Shown: in pieces, positions 39,068-47,740 of the stretch
How the letters are laid out: each line of letters begins with the position of its first letter
Numbering within the stretch: position 1 is the first letter of the stretch
NCBI GenBank assembly: GCA_002724675.1
Contig: PBPL01000023.1
Location: forward strand, 1,570 to 65,569
Source of the DNA: Deltaproteobacteria bacterium
GTDB taxonomy: Bacteria > Myxococcota_A > UBA796 > UBA9615
Direction: 5' to 3'
Length of the DNA stretch: 64,000 nt
Program-made: the position numbers and the translations under genes
The notes under the pieces: generated by a model
Seen by the model: the letters and a program-made list of their open reading frames with translations, nothing else
The model's database searches: none
Told to the model about the DNA's origin: nothing

Positions 39068-40711
39068 ATGGCGCCGGTGCTGGGCGTTCTCGTGCTCAAC
39101 ACAGCCTGCGAGCCCGAAAGCAGCGCAGTGCCAGAGCCAACGCTGGTTCACACCGTCGTATCGGAGGGTGTTGTCTTCCAAGCTATCGAGCTCACAGCCT
39201 CGGCCGCAAACGCCGACAACTCTCCCGCCCCCCTCGAGGACGTCACCATTCACCACCGCACGGCAGGAGTCGAGACGTTCGCCGAGACGGCAATGACTCC
39301 AGCCTCGGGAAGTGACTCCGCTCATGTGGGCACCATCCCCGGCGATGCCGTGACCGGGGCCGGCCTCGAGTATTACCTCTTGGCGACCCTGCCCAACGGG
39401 GGGACGCTCACGCACCCCGCGGATGCTCCTGCAACTGTTCATTCAGTCGACGTTAGTCAACCGGCCTTGGCTTCCCCGGGCCCCGTTCGTGCCCGCTACA
39501 ACCCAGAGAGCGACACTGTGGAGGTGAGCTGGACAGCCTCGCCACCAGGAGCGGCCGACCGGTACATCGTCGAAGCCGCCCTGGAAACCACTGGAACTAG
39601 CGCTGAGGTCTGCGACACCCAGGAGGCGTCTTGCACGGTGCCTGCAGCTGGCACATACAACCTCGAGTACGCTTCTTGGACCGTCACCGCGAGCAACACA
39701 AGTGACACTCGGGAGGCCTCTGCACTGACCGACAACCTGCATCTACTGAAGGAGATCTGGGGAGCTCAGCTAAACAACGGCGACCCGACCATCGGAACTG
39801 CAGCCGGCGAGTTCAACCAACCACAGGGGATTGGCGAGGGTAACGAGCGACTATGGATCGCTGAGAAAGGCAATCATCGCGTACAGATCTTCACCCACGA
39901 TGGGATCTATCAGGAGGGCTTCGGCACTCAGGGGTCTGGCGACGGGGAGCTAAACTCTCCGTACGACGTAGCTCTGAACGATGACGCCATCTTCGTAGCC
40001 GACTACGCCAACTCACGGGTCATCGCCTTCCACCCGACCACCCACGCCCAGCAATACCAGTTCGGGGGTCTGGGCCAAGCCGATGGCGAGCTTCGCTTCC
40101 CAGTCGACCTCGCCTTCGCCCCCGACGGACGAGTCCATGTAGCGGAAGACGTCAACCAACGCGTCTCGGTCTTCGAGGCCGACGGTACGTTCGTGGAGAG
40201 CTACAACAGCATTGACGGGCACACCCTGCAGAACCCGACGAAGATCGCCTACGTCCCACAACTGCAGGCGATGGTAGTGGTGGATTCTGAGGGTCTCTAT
40301 CTTCGCTCTGTAGCCACTGTGGATGGCGGAGACGATGACGACTCGGCCCATGATGATCACTCAGCCGATGACGACGACTCAGCCGATGACGACTCCCACA
40401 CCGACAGCCTTCCGCCCGACCGGAGCTGGCAACTGCTCGATGACGGGGCCTCGACCCGGCTGGCCGGCCTCTGCGTGACCGCCTGGGACGAGCTGGTGGT
40501 CCTGGTCGACGACGACAGTGAAGGGACCGTACTTTCGGAGGGTCATCGCATCATCAAGCTCGATCTGGAGGGCAGTCCAGTCGGCGGCTTCGGCACATGG
40601 GGCCGTGGGCCGGGTGCATTCTGGCGCCCTCAGGACTGCTTCGTTACCGCAACCGGAGACCTTCTCGTCGTCGACAGCTTGAACCACCGCATCCAGGTCT
40701 TTGGGCCCTAA
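39068..40711 (+). CDS. NHL-repeat lipoprotein with an FN3-like region and an internal poly-Asp insertion
   Basis: Lipobox LNTAC. Repeated NHRVQIF / NSRVIAF / NQRVSVF / NHRIQVF NHL blades. GGDDDDSAHDDHSADDDDSADDDSHTD insertion. Confidence 0.7.
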   Translation: MAPVLGVLVLNTACEPESSAVPEPTLVHTVVSEGVVFQAIELTASAANADNSPAPLEDVTIHHRTAGVETFAETAMTPASGSDSAHVGTIPGDAVTGAGLEYYLLATLPNGGTLTHPADAPATVHSVDVSQPALASPGPVRARYNPESDTVEVSWTASPPGAADRYIVEAALETTGTSAEVCDTQEASCTVPAAGTYNLEYASWTVTASNTSDTREASALTDNLHLLKEIWGAQLNNGDPTIGTAAGEFNQPQGIGEGNERLWIAEKGNHRVQIFTHDGIYQEGFGTQGSGDGELNSPYDVALNDDAIFVADYANSRVIAFHPTTHAQQYQFGGLGQADGELRFPVDLAFAPDGRVHVAEDVNQRVSVFEADGTFVESYNSIDGHTLQNPTKIAYVPQLQAMVVVDSEGLYLRSVATVDGGDDDDSAHDDHSADDDDSADDDSHTDSLPPDRSWQLLDDGASTRLAGLCVTAWDELVVLVDDDSEGTVLSEGHRIIKLDLEGSPVGGFGTWGRGPGAFWRPQDCFVTATGDLLVVDSLNHRIQVFGP

Positions 40712-42795
40712 TGGCGCGATCACACCACAGCCCAAGGCCCGTCTCGCATCCGCGGACCCTGGCGTGGTTTCTTGTCGCGTCCCTGGCCTCAGCCCTCAGC
40801 CCAGTCAACGCACACGCCGATGACTGCGACACATCGGGCGACCCCGCACTCCTCGACCAGGATGGGGACCTCTTTCCCTGTGCAAACGACTGCGATGATC
40901 AGGATGCGTCAGTCAATCCGGCCGCGGCAGAGGTCGCTTGCAACGGCAAAGACGATGACTGCGACCCCACAACGGAGGGCGATGTCGACAGCGATGCCGA
41001 TGGGTTTAGTTGTGCTGAGGATTGCGACGAGACCGATAGCGAGATCCATCCCGAAGCGGAGGAGCTCTGTAACGACAACGTCGATCAAGACTGTGACGGC
41101 ATCGATGATGACGTGCACGACAACGACGGCGACGGTTCCGACTGCACCCAAGACTGTGACGACAGCGACCCTCTGACGTTTCCGGGAGCCCCGGAGATCT
41201 GTGATGACGGCATCGACCAAGACTGTGACGTGGATGGCAGTGTGGACGAAGCGAGCGGCTCGCGTGCCCTGAGTGATGACGACTCGGCGCTCGTCCATCT
41301 CTGCTCGTTCGACTTTCCCTTCTGCGGTAGCGACTGGAGCGCAATCTACATCCAAGACAATGGCCGACTCACCTTCGGCTTTGACGACCGGACCTCGACC
41401 GGCTCTCCGACGCTTCTCGTCCAGCAGACTCCCCAGCTTGCCGCCCTGTGGACCGACCTCTCGCCTGCCGGCGGAGGCGAGACTCTAGAGGTCGAGGTCA
41501 TCGAAGAGCCAAGCACCAGCCTGTCCATCTCATTTTCGGCCATCGCTCAGTACGGGGTCCCTGGGTCAGCCAACACATTCACAGTCACGCTGTTCGCTGA
41601 TGGGACCGCCGCCATGGACTACGGCAGCCTATCGGCAGTCGCGGGCCTCGTGGGCTACGCATGCGACGACGAGGATGTGCACGAGGTCGACCTGAGCGAC
41701 TACCCCCTGGCTCCGGGCGCCTGGGCCATTGGAAAAGGGACCGAGGGCGCCGTGTACCAGCAATTCACGACTTCAAGCTCCGTCAATGATCTTGCGAACG
41801 AGAGCATCGACCTCTGTCTCACTTCGGGAGTGGACACCGATGGTGACGGGTGGACGGAAGCCTGTGGCGACTGTGATCCAGACAACGCCGATGCCTATCC
41901 GGGCGCACCCGAGCTCTGCGACTCCACCGACAATGACTGCAACGGAGTCGATGATGACATCGACAACGACTCCGATGGCTTCATCGACAGCAACTGCGGC
42001 GGCGAGGACTGCAACGACAGCGACGGCGACATTCGGCCCGACATCGTCGAGGCATGCAATGGCATCGACGACGACTGCGATGGAGCGATCGAGGACGAGG
42101 GCCAAGACGAAGACGAAGACGGTCACTCCCCGTGCAGTGGTGACTGCGATGACGGCAATGCCTCGATCCACCCCAACGCCGAAGAGTTCTGCGATTCAGT
42201 GGACAACGATTGCGACGGAGAGGTCGACGAGGGCTTCACTCCCGATGCTGACCAAGACGACCACCGAAGCCTCGACTGTGGGGGAGAAGACTGCGACGAC
42301 GCCAACGATGCGGTGTTTCCTTCGGCTCCAGAGCTCTGTGACTTGATGGACAACAACTGCGACGAAGTGGTCGATGATCTGGACGCGGATGAGGACGGGC
42401 ATGTGGACATCCACTGCGGCGGGAACGACTGCAACGACACGGACCCCGACATGCACCCCGAAGCCCCAGAAGTCCCCTACGACGGCATCGACAACGACTG
42501 CTCGGGAGGGGACATGCAGGACGCTGACGGTGACAGCTTCCGCCATGCGAGCCTCGAGAATGGATCTGACTGTGATGACAGCGACGAGACTGTCTTTCCG
42601 GGCGCGGACGAGAGCTGCAGCGACGGCGTCGACAACGACTGCGACGAGCGAGTCGATCGGGCCGATCCGGACTGCGGCCTCTCTGGTCTCAACTGTGCTG
42701 CAAGTCTCTCGTCCACACGCAACGTCCGCGTGGCTCCGCTCGCGCTCGTCTTGCTGCTCTTCACGCTCAGCAGGATCCGACGGCGGAATCGCTGA
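40711..42795 (+). CDS. Secreted Cys/Asp-rich repeat protein (~9 MopE-like putative metal-binding motifs) with a MYXO-CTERM-like tag
   Basis: The ATG at 40711 overlaps the upstream stop (TAATG). Signal peptide LAWFLVASLASALSPVNAHA. Repeats of CxxDCDDxDxxxxPxAxExCDxxDNDCDG. C-terminus LNCAASLSS...APLALVLLLFTLSRIRRRNR. Confidence 0.75.
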   Translation: MARSHHSPRPVSHPRTLAWFLVASLASALSPVNAHADDCDTSGDPALLDQDGDLFPCANDCDDQDASVNPAAAEVACNGKDDDCDPTTEGDVDSDADGFSCAEDCDETDSEIHPEAEELCNDNVDQDCDGIDDDVHDNDGDGSDCTQDCDDSDPLTFPGAPEICDDGIDQDCDVDGSVDEASGSRALSDDDSALVHLCSFDFPFCGSDWSAIYIQDNGRLTFGFDDRTSTGSPTLLVQQTPQLAALWTDLSPAGGGETLEVEVIEEPSTSLSISFSAIAQYGVPGSANTFTVTLFADGTAAMDYGSLSAVAGLVGYACDDEDVHEVDLSDYPLAPGAWAIGKGTEGAVYQQFTTSSSVNDLANESIDLCLTSGVDTDGDGWTEACGDCDPDNADAYPGAPELCDSTDNDCNGVDDDIDNDSDGFIDSNCGGEDCNDSDGDIRPDIVEACNGIDDDCDGAIEDEGQDEDEDGHSPCSGDCDDGNASIHPNAEEFCDSVDNDCDGEVDEGFTPDADQDDHRSLDCGGEDCDDANDAVFPSAPELCDLMDNNCDEVVDDLDADEDGHVDIHCGGNDCNDTDPDMHPEAPEVPYDGIDNDCSGGDMQDADGDSFRHASLENGSDCDDSDETVFPGADESCSDGVDNDCDERVDRADPDCGLSGLNCAASLSSTRNVRVAPLALVLLLFTLSRIRRRNR

Positions 42796-42814
42796 GCGGA
42801 CAAGGGCACAAGAC

Positions 42815-43591
42815 GTGGAATCAACGCAGTACGACACCCTCTGGAGCCAGGCGTGGGCGGATGCCTCGACACAGGGCCCCGGCTTTCTCTCTCGACATGC
42901 CTGCATCCTCCGTCTTCTGAGCAACTACAACGTTCATGGGCGTCTCCTCGAGGTCGGAGCAGGCCGAGGGGATCTGCTCGTTCGGATCCAACAGCGCTTT
43001 CCGCAGCTACAGCTCACGGCGCTGGAGCCAGGCACCGCTGCGGCCCAGGCCCTAAGGGCTCGACCGGGCCTGAGTGCCGTCCATCACGGCCCTCTGGGAG
43101 AGCCCTCAGCACGCCCTGAGGGCTTCTTCGATGTCATCGTCTGCTCCGAGGTACTTGAGCACATTGAAGACGACGAGCGAGCGCTGGTCGAGCTCATCGA
43201 TCTCGCCGCTCCCGGAGGCCTACTCTTTCTCACCGTCCCCATGCGAGCAGACCTCTGGACACCGGTAGACGACGCCGTCGGGCACGTCCGCCGCTACGAG
43301 CCGGGACAGCTCGCCAGCCTCTGCCAGGCCTATGGCCTTCAGGTCCTGCACGATCAAGCCCACGGCTTCCCGCTGTACAACACCTACTATCGCCTTCTGG
43401 GTCGCAGGACACCGGAGGAGACGGCCAAGCTGGGCCGTAAGAGCCTCCTTGCTCGGGTCGCAGCCCGCGTCGCAGCCGCAGCCTTTCTGCTGGAGACCCG
43501 GGTAGACAGCCGCCGGGGGGCTCGAGGCTTCGTGGTGGCCCGGAAGCCTCAGGGAGACGTGGGCTCGGAGGCCTCCTCCGTCTTCAGGTAG
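42815..43591 (+). CDS. Class I SAM-dependent methyltransferase (GTG start inferred)
   Basis: Motif I LLEVGAGRGDL. FDVIVCSEVLEHIEDDERAL. GGLLFLTVP. The listed ORF from 42374 overlaps the upstream gene and is treated as an extension. Confidence 0.6.
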   Translation: MESTQYDTLWSQAWADASTQGPGFLSRHACILRLLSNYNVHGRLLEVGAGRGDLLVRIQQRFPQLQLTALEPGTAAAQALRARPGLSAVHHGPLGEPSARPEGFFDVIVCSEVLEHIEDDERALVELIDLAAPGGLLFLTVPMRADLWTPVDDAVGHVRRYEPGQLASLCQAYGLQVLHDQAHGFPLYNTYYRLLGRRTPEETAKLGRKSLLARVAARVAAAAFLLETRVDSRRGARGFVVARKPQGDVGSEASSVFR

Positions 43592-44745
43592 CGATCAAGA
43601 ACAGCGAGCACAGCCGCCTGCCCTTCGGGAAAACCGTACTCGAAGAGATGAGCCGGACACCAGCCGCTGTCCAGCTCGGAAATCTGAGGGTGCAGGGGAT
43701 ACAGCTCCGGGCTCGTGGCACACAAGAGCCCGCCGCTCATGTCCTCGGTAAACATCGCGGTCGTATCCGTCACGAGCAGCTGAAACGCGTCGACCGCGTG
43801 GACAGCCAAGTTGGCAATGATCGCCCCACCGGAGTGACCCATCAGGCCTATTCTTGTTCCATCAATCGTGGACAGTGAGCGCAGATAGCGCCACAACAAC
43901 AGGGCCTCGTAGACATGCAGACCAGCCAAGCTGAACCCCTCTCTCAGCAGGTGACTGGCAACCCGATGCTCCAGGCTCGCACTCTCGTCGGCCCGCAACT
44001 GCAGCACAATGACGGCGTAACCGGCCTCCAATAGACCAGAGCAGTGGAACTCGACACAGAATTCCCGCGGGCCACGATCGTGCCCAGGCAGCGCCACAAT
44101 CGCCGGAAAGGGGCCTTGACCCGTCGGCGTCAGCATCAGCGATGCAAACCGACCCACGTAGGGATCGTGGAACAGCAGCAGCTCTTCCCGCCGATCTGGG
44201 CCGGGATAGCTGTCCAGCACGGTCACACCCAACGCTCGGTCCTCGTAGTGATCCAACAAGAACCCGATATTGAGCGCCTCGACGACCATTCGCTGCATGT
44301 CCGGGGGAGCGGGCCAACCTTCGATTGTTCCTGCCGCCAACTCTCGGTCGGCATCCACCCACATGGAGCGCAGCGAACGAGCCAGCTCATCCGAACTCAG
44401 TGGAACCGCGTGCTGAGCGGCTAACACAGGAAGGAGAAGATAGTCCTCGACGCCGTAGAACTCAGAGCCAAACGGTCGCTCATCGAGCCACAATGGCTGG
44501 TCATACACAAGAGGCATCGCTGCATGCGGAGCCTGAGCCGCGGGCTGGGGCTGCACTTGCCCAGCAGCCACCGCAGGTGGGAGAACAAAGAAAAAGGCCG
44601 CGAAGGACCTGAAGAGGCCCCTAGGCCACCAGGCAATTGCTCTCGTGATCCGGGCGCCTATTCCGCGAGTCCGACAGCTAGCCAGCTCGCGCGCTCCGCG
44701 CACTGAGCGCGTTGCCCAACTGCTGAAGTCGTCGTGCATCGGCAT
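43549..44745 (-). CDS. Secreted alpha/beta hydrolase
   Basis: Signal-like LFRSFAAFFFVLPPAVAAG. Nucleophile elbow LMGHSGGAI. PFPAIVALPGHD. The 5' end overlaps the 3' end of the upstream kinase/AAA gene by 68 nt. Confidence 0.55.
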   Translation of the reverse strand: MPMHDDFSSWATRSVRGARELASCRTRGIGARITRAIAWWPRGLFRSFAAFFFVLPPAVAAGQVQPQPAAQAPHAAMPLVYDQPLWLDERPFGSEFYGVEDYLLLPVLAAQHAVPLSSDELARSLRSMWVDADRELAAGTIEGWPAPPDMQRMVVEALNIGFLLDHYEDRALGVTVLDSYPGPDRREELLLFHDPYVGRFASLMLTPTGQGPFPAIVALPGHDRGPREFCVEFHCSGLLEAGYAVIVLQLRADESASLEHRVASHLLREGFSLAGLHVYEALLLWRYLRSLSTIDGTRIGLMGHSGGAIIANLAVHAVDAFQLLVTDTTAMFTEDMSGGLLCATSPELYPLHPQISELDSGWCPAHLFEYGFPEGQAAVLAVLDRYLKTEEASEPTSP

Positions 44746-46741
44746 GACTACCTATCGAGGCTTCAGCATCCGACGCTCGAAGGTAGGCACCAGCCGCCCG
44801 GGCGTTCTCGCCGGCTTCGCGCCAATAGTCCGCAGCCTTCTCAGCCCCGAGTCCCCCCACGCGTTCGTTGAGCTCAAGCCACAGTGCAGCGCGGCGATAC
44901 ACACCCCGCAGATCCTCCAGCGTGGATGTGTCCGGTGCCCGCCCCTCGATGGATACAAACCAATGCCCAGCGGCCCAACGGAAGGAGATATGCCCCCGAT
45001 CTGCAGCCCACACAAGAACAGCCGCAGACCGGTCCCGACGCACGGGAATGCAATCCAGCAGCTGGCGAACTGGAGCACTCGATCCCAACGCCGATAGATA
45101 GCCCAACACCTCGTGACGTTCCGGCGGGTCGATCTCCGGGAAAGACTCGTCGATCCGGCCACCAACCTTGGGGATCCAGCGACGACCCGACCGCACGAGA
45201 CTCCCATCCCGCTCCCCGGCGAGCAACAAGCCCATCAATGCCGACGGGTTACCGCCAGCCTCCATGCACAACGTGCCGGCCACACCCTCCACAAGCTCTC
45301 GATCGTCCTCATCTCCGGTCTCCGGTCGGAGCAACTGCACCACATCGGACGTAACCAGGGGAGGCAATGCCACACTGAAAACACGAGAGGCTGAGCCTGC
45401 AGGCAGTTGACCCAGATCCGGGACAGCGCGACCGACCAACACCAGCAAGATTGGGAACGCAGTGGAGCCCTCCAGGGCAGCCACGGCTGTCCTTCGGATC
45501 CGAGCCCAGCAGATACTGTCCAACTCCTCCAGACCATCTAGGAGCAACACCGTAGGCTTGTTGAGCTCCTTGAGCGCGCGATCGACGAGATCGCTGGGTG
45601 GCGGAAGATCAATGTTGGTCCGAGGCGGGGAAAACCAACCGCTGAGAACGGTGCGGGGAACACCAGGCCGACAACTAGCAACGTGGACGTCCACATCACC
45701 AGATGTCTCCGCAAGATCACGCCACAGGTCCACCAGACGACTCTTGCCCGCCCCTGCAGGGCCCTCTAGACGCACCACAGAGCCCTCTCGCTGACGGAGG
45801 CTGGACAGGCGCTTCCGAAGAAAAGACAGGAACGGGTCCCGACCGACTGCAGGAGCCGGGGTAGAGGCCCAGACTTGTGCCGAGTCTTCCGGCGCCGGTA
45901 CCAAGAGGGAACCCAGGGCTTTGCGGACCTCCGACAAGTCACCAAAACGCCGGCCAGGATTCCAACTCAGCATCTTGAGAACTGCATCATCCAAGTCGAC
46001 AGGGACGCCGGAGCAATGCTCCCGACATGGCCGCACCGAGCCGCGCTCGTAGGCCTCCTGGAGCTCGTCCGCGCTCCGCCCCTCCACCGGCTTTCGGCCC
46101 GCAATCAAGAAATACATCAGGGCCCCCAGGGACCACTGGTCCGACAGGTAGCCCTCACCGTCTCGCTCGACGACCTCGGGGGCCTGGTAGCCCAGGCCGG
46201 AGCGCGTCAGCAAGGTCACGTCAAAGCCCTCTGCGTCATCGGAGTCATCCAGCCCCATGCCCAGACCAACCACTCGGGCAACACCCAGTGGATCGACCCG
46301 GACATTGGCGGGGCTTAGGTCTAGGTGCGGTAGGTCGCTCCGGTGCATCGCCTCGAGCCCCATGAGAATCGAAGTGACCAGAGGCGAGGCAACGGCCCAC
46401 CGCTCCTCGAACGAACTATCCATGCCAATGGGCAGCAACGACCAGTAGGTCTCCAGGTCCACCCCGCTGACGCGATCGAAGACGATCCAGCTGTCTCGAC
46501 GCCCCTCGACCAGGTCGGTCGATGCCGCCACATGAGGACTGTCCAGCTCACCGAGAACGCGGTGTGCTGCCTTCAGCCGAGCCATCTCGCCGCGACTGGC
46601 AAACCGGACCCGCTTGAGCACGACCTCCCGATCATCTCGAACGTCCAGTGCGGCGATGGTGTCGGACCCTTCACCGGTCCGGAGGACTTCCGTCACCCGA
46701 TAGCGGCCGCCGACAATGGCAGGGTTGTAAGGCTGATTCAT
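44678..46741 (-). CDS. Ser/Thr-kinase-like domain (DFG Asp absent) fused to an AAA+/STAND-type NTPase domain
   Basis: Kinase-like VVLKRV...LPHLDLSPANVRV...VVGLGMGL...YQAPE; then Walker A LEGPAGAGKSRLVDLW and a C-terminal helical region. Confidence 0.7.
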   Translation of the reverse strand: MNQPYNPAIVGGRYRVTEVLRTGEGSDTIAALDVRDDREVVLKRVRFASRGEMARLKAAHRVLGELDSPHVAASTDLVEGRRDSWIVFDRVSGVDLETYWSLLPIGMDSSFEERWAVASPLVTSILMGLEAMHRSDLPHLDLSPANVRVDPLGVARVVGLGMGLDDSDDAEGFDVTLLTRSGLGYQAPEVVERDGEGYLSDQWSLGALMYFLIAGRKPVEGRSADELQEAYERGSVRPCREHCSGVPVDLDDAVLKMLSWNPGRRFGDLSEVRKALGSLLVPAPEDSAQVWASTPAPAVGRDPFLSFLRKRLSSLRQREGSVVRLEGPAGAGKSRLVDLWRDLAETSGDVDVHVASCRPGVPRTVLSGWFSPPRTNIDLPPPSDLVDRALKELNKPTVLLLDGLEELDSICWARIRRTAVAALEGSTAFPILLVLVGRAVPDLGQLPAGSASRVFSVALPPLVTSDVVQLLRPETGDEDDRELVEGVAGTLCMEAGGNPSALMGLLLAGERDGSLVRSGRRWIPKVGGRIDESFPEIDPPERHEVLGYLSALGSSAPVRQLLDCIPVRRDRSAAVLVWAADRGHISFRWAAGHWFVSIEGRAPDTSTLEDLRGVYRRAALWLELNERVGGLGAEKAADYWREAGENARAAGAYLRASDAEASIGSHADARRLQQLGNALSARSARAG

Positions 46742-46751
46742 GCTGCCTTCA

Positions 46752-47654
46752 CTACTCCTGGACCGAGGCTTCAGGACTCAGCTGAGCCGAGCTTGGGTGG
46801 GAAAATTGTACCGACCCTAATCGATGCGCGCAGATTCCCGAAATCAACAACACCCCGGCAACCGCAGAGAACGCCAGCAAGCTCATCGGCACCTCGACCT
46901 CCGAGCCTCCCCAAAGACAAAGGCTGACACCGAGTAAGTTGTGTGAGAAGTGGCACAGAATCGCTGGGCGGATGGACTGGGAAGTCCGTCGTAGCCAACC
47001 AAGGAACAAGCCCGTGGGAAGGATAGAGACCACGTGCAGGGGATCCACGTGATAGGCGGCAAACAACAAGCTCGTCGCAAGCCAAGCGATGGTCGGGCTC
47101 GTGGCCTCCTCGATTCCCTTCCACAAGAACCCCCGGAAGATCACTTCCTCTGCGAGCGGAGCAACCAAGAGCACCATCGCCAAGAGCGCCAGCCGTCCAG
47201 GCAGCGGACCGTCGATCAAGAGTTCTGCCAGAACCGTCAGGTGCTCGGCTTCGAACCACGACCAGCTCTGAGTCACGACCTCGGCAACCCACCCACTCAA
47301 GAGCGAGGCTGCTAGACCGCTGCACCCAGCCACCAGAGGTAGATGCCTGGGCATCGGCCCCAAGCCCAGGGTGCTCATCAGAGGTCGGTCCCAGATGCGG
47401 CAGATCCCAACGATGATCCCCAACATTCCCAGACTCTGCATAACGGTAAAGACACTGAGCCCCAGCGCCGACTCCATGAATCCAGACCCGGCGCTGCCTG
47501 AAGAAGCGAGAGCAACGAGGACGGCCAAGGCGGTCCCAAGAAGCATCAACCAAACCGCCGAGGCCACGACAAACAAGATCACCGCAACACAACCAGCCAA
47601 TCGTGGGCTAGGTCGTCCTCCAAGGCGGGTCGGCGGCGAAGGGAGCTCAGTCAC
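46752..47654 (-). CDS. CPBP-family (CAAX-type) intramembrane glutamic protease
   Basis: Polytopic. EExxxR motif LAEEVIFRGFLW, FxxxH AAYHVD, HxxxN FSHNLLGVS. It sits 10 nt upstream of the kinase/AAA gene on the same strand. Confidence 0.75.
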   Translation of the reverse strand: MTELPSPPTRLGGRPSPRLAGCVAVILFVVASAVWLMLLGTALAVLVALASSGSAGSGFMESALGLSVFTVMQSLGMLGIIVGICRIWDRPLMSTLGLGPMPRHLPLVAGCSGLAASLLSGWVAEVVTQSWSWFEAEHLTVLAELLIDGPLPGRLALLAMVLLVAPLAEEVIFRGFLWKGIEEATSPTIAWLATSLLFAAYHVDPLHVVSILPTGLFLGWLRRTSQSIRPAILCHFSHNLLGVSLCLWGGSEVEVPMSLLAFSAVAGVLLISGICAHRLGSVQFSHPSSAQLSPEASVQE

Positions 47655-47740
47655 AACACAAATTATCGACCGCCTTCGCAGTCGGCGCCAATCGCCACGT
47701 CACGTCCCCCTGCAGCAACGAGGCGCGCTACCCTGACTGG

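Noticed and set aside
41729-42346. 205-aa Thr/Ala/Met-rich alternate-frame ORF
   Set aside because: It lies inside the MopE-like repeat gene and arises from the GAC/GAT-rich repeats read out of frame.
42374-42814. 5' extension of the methyltransferase ORF (Thr/Ala-rich)
   Set aside because: It overlaps the 3' end of the MopE-like gene in another frame. The methyltransferase core begins after the GTG at 42815.
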